Shown here: piece by piece, positions 13,273 through 25,755 of the stretch | How the letters are laid out: each line of letters starts with the position of its first letter | Position numbering within the stretch: position 1 is the first letter of the stretch | Assembly (NCBI RefSeq): GCF_006345805.1 | Contig: NC_043009.1 | Coordinates: 38,936,001 to 39,000,000, forward strand | DNA from: Octopus sinensis | Lineage: Eukaryota | Direction: 5' to 3' | DNA: 64,000 nt | The notes under the pieces: generated by a model | What the model was told of the DNA's origin: nothing | The model's input: the letters and a program-made list of their open reading frames with translations, nothing else | The model's database searches: none | Program-made: the position numbers and the translations under genes

Positions 13273-14014
13273 TTTGTACGAAGCGTAAGGATGCTTAAAA
13301 GCATACACCTGCTAGAAATAAGAGCTAAAGTATTAATTAAACCACCGTAAAGCACCAAGATAACAGAGAAAAACAGTAGGCTAGGAGGAAACGGAAAGAA
13401 TTAATATATTCAAAAGCATAGTACAAATATGAATGATTATGCAGTTTAGGACATCGACTTTTGGCTTTTGGCAATTTAATTCTTGAATCTCTTCAGTGTG
13501 AACTACCTAGTAAAAATTCAAGATCGTCACGATAAACTCCGATAATGCAACTGGTTTTATTTTACACCCAAAATAGAGCACATGGTGTAGAAAAATCATA
13601 AGTAAACATTCAAACATTAAGATTTGAAATTAGATGTCACTACTGTTAATATCATTTGTGGATAAATTTTTGAGCAACATAGGTGGTCTGCAGGCAAATA
13701 GCAATATTTACGTATATATAACAAATTCGCACGAAGCATAAGGGTGCTTAAAAGCATACACCTACTAGAAATAAGAGTTAAAGTCTTAATTAAAACGCCG
13801 TAGAGCATATTCTTTTATTTTTGTGCTTTTGAATGTATTAATTCTTTCCGTTCCCTCGCCTACTGTTTTTCTCCGTTATCATGGGGCTGTACGGTGGTTT
13901 AACTAAGACTTTAGCTCTTATTTCTAGTAGATGTATGATTTTTAAGGATCCTTACGCTTCGTGCAAATTTGAAATTTATAGCTAAATAATGCTATTTGCC
14001 TGCGGACCACCTAT
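13270..14014. mobile_element. Multi-copy fold-back element next to (TA)n (PLE-tail-like or MITE)
   Basis: A unit of about 145 bp at 13273-13418, a partial direct copy at 13722-13808 and an inverted copy at about 13826-13970. Outer inverted ends ataggtggtc(t/c)gcaggcaaatagca at 13679 and 14014. Confidence 0.75.
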
Positions 14015-14116
14015 ATAAATGCTGTTGATACCATCAGTTTTCAATTTTATTCACAAATTGATATTAACAGTTGTGACATCTTATTTCAAATCTTAGTGTT
14101 TGAATATTTAGCTTAT

Positions 14117-14160
<44 letters not shown>

Positions 14161-14204
14161 CACACACATACACACACACACTCACACACATACGCACACA
14201 CACA

Positions 14205-14263
<59 letters not shown>

Positions 14264-14374
14264 CACGTGACAACGTGACTGACCTCGCAACCAGATGTTG
14301 CTACACATAGTAATAATAATAGTGGAACATGGATACGAAGACAAGAAAAATACTGACAGTGTACGGAACTTTCC

Positions 14375-14575
14375 ATTCTAAGAGTGACACCTCTTCAGAA
14401 AGAAGCCCGTCGTATATATGTATATATATATGCGTGTGTGTGTTTATGTGTCTGTGTTTGTCCCCCTAGCATTGCTTGACAACCGATGCTGGTTAGCGTT
14501 TGGGAAAAGAGAGCGATAGAATAAGTACTGGGCTTACAAAAGAATAAGTTCCGGGGTCGAGTTGCACCTCTTCAG
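14375..14575 (+). mobile_element. SINE family B, partial
   Basis: agaagcccgtcgtatat...gagcgatagaataagtactgggcttacaaaagaataagttccggggtcgagttgc. Confidence 0.85.
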
Positions 14576-14599
14576 AAAAAAGGTGGGGAGAGGTTTGAT

Positions 14600-14771
14600 C
14601 AGTTGTCAGGATTGTATCAAACAGAGGAAAACAGTATAGGGTGGTATGTAAAATATACCGAGGAACCATTGTTGAAACATGTGAAGAAGTCCGGCGTCAT
14701 CACATCTCAGAATTGTGTAAAGAGAGACACAACTTAAAGTGTAAAAGAACACACACACACGCAAACACACA

Positions 14772-14804
<33 letters not shown>

Positions 14805-15590
14805 ACACACACACACACAAAACAAAACAGCATGCAAGGAGTAAAAATGTACGGTTAGTTGGCAACAGATACGAACGCCAAGGCGGGTACAAAAGACCAG
14901 TGGACGAGGAGGAGGGACATGAAGCTAGAAACAGAAGCACTTATATCCACAGCACAAGAACAAGCGTTGAGAACTAACTATATCAAGTGCAGAATCGACA
15001 ACACTATCGACAGCAACAAATGCAGGACAACGGTATGGGACAACGGTATGGGACAACGTTAGATAGATCCATTGGGAGCTCTGTGGAAATCACAGCCTAC
15101 AAAGAGCATAGACGTGGTATGAGCAAATCCCAGAATGAGTCACCGAGAATGAATATTGTAAAATCCTGTCGGATGTAATGATTCATTACGATCACCTGAC
15201 CAGACATCAGAAACTGGACATTGTCTTGGTGAATAAAAAAGAAAGAACATGCATGATAATCGATATAGCACGTCCCGGTCAGAAAAGGATCAAAGAGAAA
15301 GAAGAAAAACTGAAGATCTATGACAATTTGAAGCGGGGAATACTAAGATTGTGATCAATGAAGAGAGTAGACGTGATACCAATAGTAAATGGCGCACTTG
15401 GAATTGCCAGCACTCAGCTACCACTATGGTTCAAAAAGATTGTTACAAATGTAAAGGTAGAGCATCTATAAAAATCAACATCGCTAGGAACTGCCAGAAT
15501 ACTTCGCAGGGTTCTTGAAGCGTGACCAGTAAACCAGTGTCAACTTAGTCTGCCGGCTGTGGACAGCTCACATTTTCCATCATACCCAGC
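14600..15590 (+). mobile_element. R4/Dong-clade LINE, 3' fragment including the REL endonuclease
   Basis: KLETEALISTAQEQALRTNYIKCRID, DIVLVNKKERTCMIIDIARP, VIPIVNGALG, LGTARILRRVLEA. Interrupted by (CA)n at about 14748-14820 and followed by an (AAC)n(AGT)n(AAT)n tail. Confidence 0.9.
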
Positions 15591-15619
15591 AAAATAAGCT
15601 AATAGTCTCCATCAAATAA

Positions 15620-15696
15620 CAGCAACAACAACAACAACAACAACAACAATGATAATAATAATAGTGATGATGATGATAGTAGTAGTAGTAGTAGTA

Positions 15697-15773
<77 letters not shown>

Positions 15774-16066
15774 CAGCAGAATAATGGTAATGCTGTTTTT
15801 GATGACAATGGTGATGATGACGATGAGGAGCGGGGAAGAAGAGGCTGCTAAGATTCAAACATGGCAATTCTTTCAAAATCGCATAAGCTTTCGTATATGT
15901 AAAAGTAAAAAAAAGATTAAGTTGTGAAAATCCCACTCAGTTGGAATGTAATTGGTTTACATTGAACTATATGTAATTATACATACATACATACATACAT
16001 ACATACATACATACATAATACATACATACATACCTACCTACATACATACATACATACATACATACA

Positions 16067-16098
<32 letters not shown>

Positions 16099-16100
16099 CA
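15620..16100. repeat. (AAC)n/(AGT)n/(AAT)n and (TACA)n microsatellites
   Basis: Directly visible at about 15620-15780 and 15980-16100. Confidence 0.9.
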
Positions 16101-16370
16101 TACATAATTTCTGTTTTATATACAAAATTTGATGAACTGTGAACTAAGTATATGCATGTATGTATCCATCTCTCCCTCTCTACATGTATATATGCTGGTA
16201 CACACACACACACACAGACACACACACACAGACACAGGCACAAACACACACACATATATATAGAGAGAGATACTTGTACATACCTTCCTATGTATCTACG
16301 TATCAATGCTAAGTTAACGTTATGATTTTCAAGTTAGTTTTAGAATAACAATGCAATATTTACTATAGAG

Positions 16371-16653
16371 CTAAATCTATATATATAAAACTGAAGTTGT
16401 CTGTGTGTGTGACAGGTTTGGTATCGTTCAACTAACACTATCTCCTCCGAGACCCTGCGGTGCAAGTTGACCAAAATTGAGAGTATGATAGAAGATAAAA
16501 TTCAAATCGGACCACGTTAAGATCAAAAATTATTTACATGAAAAGGTGCTTTTTCTATGAAAATCCCTATTTTTTACGATTTCTTGACTGCTGTGTCGCC
16601 ATTTTTCGGTGTATTTCAACCAGAAAAGTGACGGAAAAAGGAAAGCGTTGCTA
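16371..16653 (-). mobile_element. Helentron-associated (DINE-1/HINE-like) element, internally deleted
   Basis: Reverse complement of both ends of 39816-40229 (tactagca... start and ...ctccgagaccctgcgg...cttcag...tatatatag end). Confidence 0.75.
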
Positions 16654-17755
16654 GTAGAGCGATCTATTCAAAATAGATTTCCATATTGTCAATATTTCAT
16701 GCTATGGCAAAATAGGAAACCGAACATTGCAGTTCACACAAATCTCCATTGAAATGCCCGTGGGCTTTTGAACTGTAACAAGAACTGTACAAATTCTATA
16801 AAATTGTCTGTGGAAGATAAAGAATTTGATACATGACGAATCACTGGGTTGCAGAATATCCCAGCTGATCAACTTTGGATCTAAGGCAGTTACATCGTCA
16901 ACCGTTGTTCGTTGAGAAAAGAGTTGTCGATCTTTCTAGTAAAATGAATTAAAATACAAAAAGAGCAGGCAATAAATAACATAATCAACAATCCAGTAGA
17001 TTCTGTTCTCGAGGAAATTACTAACAACATGAATCTCGGCATAAAGAAAGAAATCAATCACAGTAACACAAGTATTGAGCTATCACCTTTACATCGTCAT
17101 ATCATCTGTTTATAAACAAATAAAAAGAAGTGAATACACACGGCTCAAAAATATCGCTCGTAGCAAGATTAGGAGAGAAAAACTACCCTAATTGCAGCAA
17201 CAAGCCACTAAATCACTAAATGAAAGAACGATTATGATGCGATTGGAAGGAAAAATCTACAGAATTGATGTTATCAGTGATCGATCAATTTACTAAAGAA
17301 CAGCTTACACGAATTGAAATTCCCAATTTTTCGACATAAAATGTCTTACTGAATTGTATTGCAATTACCATTCTGCAGCAGAAGAGAGGAACTGGGATCG
17401 ATCGAAATAGAAAACGAAATGCAACCAAAATTGGATCGCATTTCTCCAACAGAGAATTAGATACACTCATTAGAAGCAAAGTGAAGAATACATTCACGAA
17501 TCCCTAGTTGCAAACGTAAGATGGGTTTTACAAGATGTACGGAAACTGCTACGGGGGAAAACGCACAGAGTAACAGTCCTTAAATAAAAACTCATTATAA
17601 AATCATTAAGTCAAAAATTTTTCTTCTCATAGAAAAGTACAAAGACGTAATAATCAATCGTGAGGTTACAATATATTTATAAAGAATCTGTCTATTGCAG
17701 AATGAAATACAATACCAGGAAAGTTTTAAGTTGCCTGTACTAATATGATATAGAA

Positions 17756-18121
17756 GTGGAGGCGCAATGGCCCAGCGGACACGCGGTCGTAGGATCGCGG
17801 TTTCGATTCCCAGACCGGGCGTTGTGAGTGTTTATTGAGCGAAAACACCTAAAGCTCCACGATGCTCCGGCAGGGATGGTGGTGATCCCTGCTGTACTCA
17901 CCACAACTTTCTTTCACTCTTACTTCCTGTTTCTGTTGTATCTGTATTTCAAAGGGCCGGCCTTGTCACTCTCTGTGTTACGCTGAATCTCCCCGAGAAC
18001 TACGTTAAGGGTACACGTGTCTGTGGAGTGCTCAGCCACTTACACGTTAATTTCACGAGCAGGCTGTTCCGTTGATCGGATCAACCGGAACCCTCGTCGT
18101 CGTAACCGACGGTGTGCTTCC
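17756..18121 (+). mobile_element. tRNA-derived SINE family C, full length
   Basis: Head ggaggcgcaatggcccag...ggtttcgattcccagacc (A/B-box-like); 11-bp TSD atgatatagaa at 17745-17755 and 18122-18132. Confidence 0.9.
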
Positions 18122-18689
18122 ATGATATAGAATCATTCTATGATGTTGTAGAATATAAATAAGCTACATAAAGGCGATTCACTGTAGTCAAATGAGGCAT
18201 TGAGTGAGTACAGAGTAAACGTCTCTCCTAGAACATAATATTCGCAGTAAACCCCGCCGCCAACAGCTGTTGTAAAATCATCGAATATAAAATCACCTGA
18301 GAGGGAGGTGGTAGGTAAATGCTTGTTTAAGAAACCTACATATTACAGGAAATCTCGCGCTGCAAGTGGGCCGCTCTATCACCGTATTTGTTGGTATTAG
18401 GTTTCTGTTAGACGCGCAAAGAACTAGAAATCTCGTTCAACACTGCTTGTTTCTTCCTAACGCTGACTTTCTAGCTTAGTCCTGCTGTTCATCTAGGCTG
18501 CTGGTATCTCATCTTTCTTAAATGTCAATTCATCTTCGTAATATGTTACCTTGTCTTTACAAACTACGCTTTAGTTTGGTCTGGTATTCATGTTACGTAA
18601 AAAAAAATTATTTTCTTCTAACGACTCAAAATCATTATATTACACTGACTTCTGTAAATCGTGTAGAATTTATATAAGCATGGTATTTA

Positions 18690-19082
18690 CTGTTTTACTC
18701 TTTACTCTTTTACTAGTTTCAGTCATTTAACTGCGGCCATGCTGGAGCACCGCCTTTAATCGAGCAACTCGACCCCGGGACTTATTCTTTTGTAAGCCCA
18801 GTACTTATTCTATCGCTCTCTTTTCCCGAAACGCTAACCAGCATCGGTTGTCAAGCAATGCTAGGGGGACAAACACAGACACATAAACACACACACGCAT
18901 ATATATATATATATACATATATACGACGGGCTTCTTTCAGTTTCCGTCTACGAAATCCACTCACAAGGCTTTGGTCGGCCCGAGGCTATAGTAGAAGGCA
19001 CTTGCCCAACGTGCCTCGCAGTGGGACTGAAGCCGGTACCGTGTGGTTGGTAAACAAGCTACTTACCACACAGCCACTCCTG
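18690..19082 (-). mobile_element. SINE family B, full length
   Basis: Reverse complement of 43921-44315 with high identity. Confidence 0.92.
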
Positions 19083-19096
19083 CACACACACACACA

Positions 19097-19163
<67 letters not shown>

Positions 19164-20397
19164 TTTATTTAACATACATTTACAAAAAGTTGGAAATTGA
19201 TAGATATTTTACAGCTTACTAACTAAACAGTCTCATTAAAAAAAAATACGCATTCGGAAACATATCAGAAACTTCCAACTGTTATCCTTTATGTGTTTCC
19301 TTTGCTTTTTAGTACTTGAATACACTAATTTACGAGAAATGAGAAAGATTCCATTCTAAACCCCGCAAAGTGAAGACTTTAAAACTAATAAATGACTGAG
19401 GGTATTTCAAATTACTTATAAATACAAACTGAAATAATATCAGTATTGAAGTTGACTGTGATGTCATTTTGCATGTGATTGCTTCGATATTGACGTGAAA
19501 AACCTATAATTCTATTCAAATAAGTAAAGGAAGCAAACGGAAAAATAAGAATTTATACTATAAAATAGAGAAGAAGTATACGATGAAATAAGCGCTGAAG
19601 CAGATGTCGTTGGTAATTAATTTTACAGTTCTATCATTCTGCAATCGTACCATCAAACTTGTGTATTAGATTTTACTATAAGATTCCTCTTTTATCCGAA
19701 CACTTCAATACTTTTTTATGTCTTCTGATGCAGAGAAAAACATTTGCTCTTTAAGAATCGCCATTCATTTTCTTTCATTCGCATATAATTAGGTGACTAT
19801 TCTGAAGCCTTATCAAATTTGCACTTGCAAATCCTTTTTCGTTGAAATACTCTCTGATATCGTCATCATGTAGTGTCATGAATTATCGAATTTTCACCAA
19901 AAGTGTTTTGCTTGTTTCTTATTATGTAAATGCAGGAAAAAAATATATATCACTTTGGACAACATTTCTATGGTAACTTCAAATATTTATTTATTTATGT
20001 ATTTATCTATGTATTACGTGAAAGAAATATACGACATTCAAAGCTTAATCTAATGTTGAAGTACTTAGAACTTTCACTTACTTAACTGTCAATATCATTT
20101 CACTGCAAGTGTTTTTTTCAAGATCTTCTATATATGAAATGTGATTTTTTTTATCACATATACGTTAATGGAAGTTCAATAATTATTTAGTTTTTAACTG
20201 GCATTTCAGGAGTTGTAAGTCGCTTATTTCCGCCTCCTCACTATCTATATAATATATTCAATGCACAATATATCTCGAGAATACTATAGATATGTTTATT
20301 ACATGCTATCTCACAAGTAAACTATCTATATGCTTAAAACATAATGCATCACGTGTATATGATCTATCTATATATGCTTCATACATAATAGTTTTAA

Positions 20398-20602
20398 ATT
20401 TTGGCACAAGACCAGCAATTTTGGGGGAATGGATAACTCCATCACATCGACACTTGTACTCAACTGGTACTTATTTCATTCAACTCCGAAAAGATGGAAA
20501 GCAAATTCAAAATGGGCAAAATTGGAACTCAGAATCTAAAGACGGACAAAATACTCACCAGTGTTTTGTCCGGCGTGCAAACAATTCTGCCAGCATGCCG
20601 CC
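20398..20602 (-). mobile_element. SINE family A variant, degenerate
   Basis: aactggtacttatttc...ggaactcagaatc...ggcgtgcaaacaattctgccagcatgccgcc. Confidence 0.75.
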
Positions 20603-20624
20603 TTATTTTATTTATAATACATAT

Positions 20625-21120
20625 AGGCGCAGGCATGGTGGTGTGGTAAGAATCTTGCTTCCCAAGCACATGGCTCCGGGTTCAGTCTCACTTCGTGGCA
20701 CCTTACGCAAGTGTCTTTTACTATAGCCTCGAGCCAACCAGAACATTGTGAGTAGATTTGGTAAAAGGAAACTAAATGAAGCCCATCATATATATATACA
20801 TAAAAGTAAATAAATGGTACAACGAAGCACCGATATTTACTGGAAAATAGCGATGGGTAAAATTATTTTCCAGTAAATATCGGTGCTTCGTTGTACCATT
20901 TATTTACTTTTATGTATAATTTTACCCATCGCTATTATATACACATATATATATATTTATGTCAGTGTTTCTCCCCGTAAATTAGCGGTTAAGATAGAAT
21001 AAGTACCAGGCTTACAACGAATAAGTTCTGGTGTCGCTTTCTTCGACTAAAATCCTTTAAGACACTGCTCCAGCATGACCACAGTCAAATCACTGAAACA
21101 TGTAAAAGAATAAAAGAATA
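20625..21120 (+). mobile_element. SINE family B carrying an inserted palindromic module
   Basis: Collinear with 43921-44315; its internal (TA)n holds the 20795-20935 insert. Confidence 0.85.
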
Positions 21121-21588
21121 TTTCAGGATTAAAATATCTCAATGTTTATTACGTATCGCATGAATAGACCACGTGTTTAATACATACCTCTGGAGTTACA
21201 TGTCTATATATTATTGCATGAGAAAACTCTCAATATGTTTAATACATAATGCTTCATGGACAAAATATATGTTTAATAGATAATAACTCAATATTTTATA
21301 AATACCTAGGGTGTAGGAACATTGTGGATTTTGTGCATAGATCATTTAAATAATTCTTTAAAAGATTTATCTTGAAGATACTTTTGTAGGAGGATGTCAC
21401 CGATTGTTTATTTTTGCGGATAACAACACCAAAATGGAAAAGCTTTTACAAATTCCTACTTCACACTGGGCAGTTGTTCTATCCGAGAATACACCAATGA
21501 CCATTATCAAATACATCGGTCTCCTATGGTCTCGGGTTTTATCTGTCGGCTACTTCAATGCAATATATTTTGTATGGCGATTCTAGTA

Positions 21589-22125
21589 AGGAATATGTAT
21601 AACTCTAATATATTTATTTATTGCCCACAGAGGGCTAAAGATAGAGGGGACAACCAAGAACAGACAAAGGGATGAAGTCGATTACATCGACATCAGTACG
21701 TAACTGGTACTTAATTTATCGACCCCGAAAGGATGAAAGGCAAAGTCGACCTCGGCGGAATTTGAACTCAGAACGTAACGGCAGACGAAATACCGCTACG
21801 CATTTCGCCCGGCGTGCTAACGTTTCTGACGGCTCATCGCCTTCAGGAATATGTATAACTCTAATATCTATTTCTTTACTACCCACAAGGGGCTAAACAC
21901 ACAGGGGACAAACAAGGACAGACAAACGGATTAAGTCGATTACATCGACCCCAGTACGTAACTGGTACTTAATTTATCGACCCCGAAAGGATGAAAGGCA
22001 AAGTCGACCTCGGCGGAATTTGAACTCACAACGTAACGGCAGCCGAAATACCGCTACGCATTTCGCCCGGCGTGCTAACGTTTCTGACGGCTCATCGCCT
22101 TCAGGAATATGTATAACTCTAATAT
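21589..22125 (-). mobile_element. Head-to-tail dimer of SINE family A with a triplicated 23-bp target site
   Basis: aggaatatgtataactctaatat at 21589-21611, 21845-21867 and 22103-22125, separating two SINE copies. Confidence 0.93.
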
Positions 22126-22519
22126 CATATCAGTATCATCCATCAAACAAAAGAGTTTGCGAACATTTGCATAATATAGAAATGCAGATTTCGTGTAAAT
22201 GGCGGAACATTTGAGAGCTTAAATAAGAATATGTTCATGGTACACACTGAAGGCTAGATGCTTACTAAATTCGATTTCGTTTTTTTTTTTTGATACCACT
22301 AAAACAAAATTGATCACAACTACGTTGTATTTGAGATCCTTATATCATTAAAAATGTTTCAGGGTAAGAATAAATATATATGCTTAAAGAAGATCAATTC
22401 ATATTCTCTTTGATATAGTTTGTTTCTAGGTGTATTTTGTTGACAAACAAATTAATCGGAACAGTAATTAGGTTACTCTATATTCTTCCCTTTCTCTTAA
22501 ACATGCTACTCCCCACCAC

Positions 22520-22737
22520 ACACATATGCACGCGTGTACTTATGTGTATATGCACGTATACATATACACATACTTATATATGTGTGTCTATGTATAAATG
22601 TGCATGCATATACCTATCTATCAATATATATGTGTGCGTATATGTATATATTTATAAGCATATATAAAAATATGTGTTTGCATATACGTGTGTGAGGATT
22701 ACACATGCATATATGTATACATACATACATATATATA

Positions 22738-22781
<44 letters not shown>

Positions 22782-22943
22782 CATACATACATACATATAT
22801 GTATATATATATATGTATGTATGTATATATATATGTATATATATATGTAAATATGTATGCATATATACATCCTCACACACGTATATACAAACACGCACAT
22901 ATATGTGTACGCACACACACTCACACACACATACATACATACA

Positions 22944-22979
<36 letters not shown>

Positions 22980-22985
22980 TATATC
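22520..22985. repeat. (TA)n/(TACA)n compound microsatellite
   Basis: Directly visible. Confidence 0.95.
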
Positions 22986-23271
22986 ATAAAGTCACATGGG
23001 TCTGTATATACTTCTGAGTGCTCTCAGCATTGTTCATTTGAAAACTTGTGTTTCTTAAACTATATTCATAGTAATTTTTGATTGCACTGTTTAAATGTTA
23101 TTATCATATGTACACTATAATATCATATCCTGACGACAGAAGCTAGTAATTTTCACTATTTCCTGGCAGAAAACATAGATGTTTGTAACAATATATCATC
23201 TGTTTATTGTTTGCCAATTGATTTCGGTTCTGTTTGCTTTACTGAAAAATATAAAACAACAACAGCAACAA

Positions 23272-23591
23272 CTATAACAAACAATTTGTATTTCCTTGCA
23301 AATTTATATTCCAAAGATAATTGTCTTTTATTGTTTTTTCGTGTTTACTTAAAGATGGAATGTGTTGACTTATACCGTATATATGTTTTTGATTAATCTT
23401 TATTTTGCGTCGTCTATATTTGTGGCACAGAAGATTCAGATCCGGAATAAGTATTCTACAAGACTTGTCCACTTTGCCTTTCATCTCTGTGAAGTTGCTA
23501 AGAGATGTGGTAATAATACACTGGATGGATTCTGCTGTCGATAATATCCTTTCTTCAGAGAAGTTGGCAATAAGCCCAGTCAACGAAAAAT
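23272..23591 (-). CDS. Candidate coding exon, product unknown
   Basis: Longest non-repetitive, non-TE open frame (about 106 codons). It starts exactly at the acceptor tgcttgttctatttataag; possible weak donor after 23376. No recognisable domain. Confidence 0.25.
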
Positions 23592-23869
23592 CTTATAAAT
23601 AGAACAAGCATATGAATTAACAGGTAAATTTTCGGCGAATGTTGTGGGAAACGCGATTTTGATTTCCTGCCAAGGGCAGTTTACATTCCTTACATTTCTT
23701 TACATAAGGGAAAATGCATGAAAGCCACATCGTCCAAATAACTTTATAGACCGGTATGTTTCATTTTTACTCGAAAATAATTCATACACACACAAGAGCG
23801 TATAACATATACTTACATATACACACATACACACATATCTATAAATATAAATACAAATATACATACACG

Positions 23870-23912
<43 letters not shown>

Positions 23913-23922
23913 GCACACACAC

Positions 23923-23989
<67 letters not shown>

Positions 23990-25344
23990 CACCTATAAAT
24001 TAGGGTATCTGAGAGATAACACCATGCTGAAATACCAGTCAAAGCCCTGACCTAAAGGTATCTCTCAGATACCCTAATTTATAGTTTTAAATAATTATTA
24101 CCTTTGTATGGTATTTATTCCCGTGCTGGCCACTTGATGAGATCGATATTTAAATATCGATATTATCATTATTTATAAATTTATATATATATACCTGTAT
24201 GTACATATATATGTATGCAAACATACAGCATACATAACCAAAGATACAAGAATTGTGTGAATATGGAGATAGATATTATGGTGGTCATATTTAAATAATG
24301 CGTTGTATCAAAAATACATTGCATTCATTTTAACAGAAACCATAGTACCTCAGATATTTGGGTGAAATGTAACGAAAAAGTCTTGAAATTATTTAAAAAG
24401 CTGTAATTGTGTAAACATTTGAAAGTGCTAACATTCCTAGAAATAGGAAGGGAATTAAAGCAGTGCTTAAATTCGTGATCAGATTCCTTGTTTTCCATTT
24501 GTATTTCCCAAATTATTCACTAGCGATTATGTAACAAGTTGTCGCCTTAGCAATTGTGGATTTTGTTTAACATACATAAATTTTCCTTCGTATATTCTTC
24601 GTACGATTTGAAATATAGCTAATACCATAATAAGTACATGCTTCCGTTCTTTGCTTCAGTAAACAATGCCAAGTAACTTTAGCATGAATTTAATATTCCA
24701 TTTATATTCTTTCGGCCTAAAGGTGAATATGTGATGATCTTGTGTACATACAAGGTTCTTTCTCTAAATAACATACATCATGTAAAAGCTTCTTACTGAT
24801 TCTTCAACGTGTCGGCTTAGGAAATATTTTATGCATTTAATACGAGCTTCGTATAACAGATGCGAAATGTCACATTTTGCTGAAACGGTCGTATTTCCGT
24901 TTTTTTTTTCTCTCTCTCTCTCTCTGTCTTTCACCTGTCTGCTCCGACGGCATTTTGAAATATATCTTGGGTTTCATGTAGATTTGCCAGAAAACTTCTT
25001 TAACTTGGTGTGATTTTTTTGTTTTGCTCGTAGGTTATGTGAAACATTTTTATCTCCGCAAAATGTTTCTCTTCTAGCTTCTAATATGTATTTATTTCCT
25101 GTACTTTAGTTACCTCTCTACTTACTCATGAATATTTGTATGTTTTAATTACTCTTTCATAAATTTGCCATTTTCTCATGCTGCATTGAAAATATATCTG
25201 AAGTGGCAGTCAAAAAAATGTCTGAATATATCTGAGTGCTTTCTCTACACTAATATCCCCGACTTTGCCTACCGTAAATGAGGCGAATATGATATTTACA
25301 AGTGTTTTCTGATTATTTTCATTATTATATAGTTGATTAAAGAG

Positions 25345-25755
25345 GCGACTAGATTCGTTGGCACACCGGGCAAAATGCTTAGCGCCATTTCGTCTGCCTC
25401 TAGGCTCTGAGATCAAATTCCGCCGAAGTCGAATTTGACTTTCATAATTTCGGGGACGATAAATTAAGTATCCGTGAAACATTGGACTCTATGTATTCAT
25501 CTAGTCCTCTACCCACCAATTAAAAGTATTGTGCCTCTAATATAAAAGATTATTACACAGTTGGTTATGGTGGCGAGCAAGCAGATCCGGATAAAATGCA
25601 GAGAAAAATTTTTTCCGGCTCTTTACGTTCTCATTTCAAGTTTGTCTTCACATTTCATCGTTTAATAAAATAAGTACCAGTCGAACACTGGAGTCGATGT
25701 AATCCACTTAATCCCGCCCTGAAATTGCTGGCCTTGTGCCAAAAGTTGAACCCAT
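25345..25755 (+). mobile_element. Two adjacent degenerate family-A-type SINE copies
   Basis: ggcgactagattcgttggcacaccgggc...aaattccgccgaagtcg (about 25345-25545) and ggtggcgagc...ataagtaccagtcgaacactggagtcgatgtaatc (about 25568-25755). Confidence 0.75.

Noticed and set aside
13440-13500. Minus-strand CTGAAGAG next to the fold-back unit
   Set aside because: No recognisable GAAA or stem II, so it cannot be supported as a ribozyme.
21589-22125. Three regularly spaced 23-bp repeats resembling a CRISPR array
   Set aside because: The spacers are about 235-bp SINE copies and the context is eukaryotic; the repeats are target-site duplications.
25126-25197. 72-nt minus-strand exon-like segment with strong splice sites
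   Set aside because: Stops occur in all three frames (the longest ends in TGA at the donor); likely a pseudo-exon.
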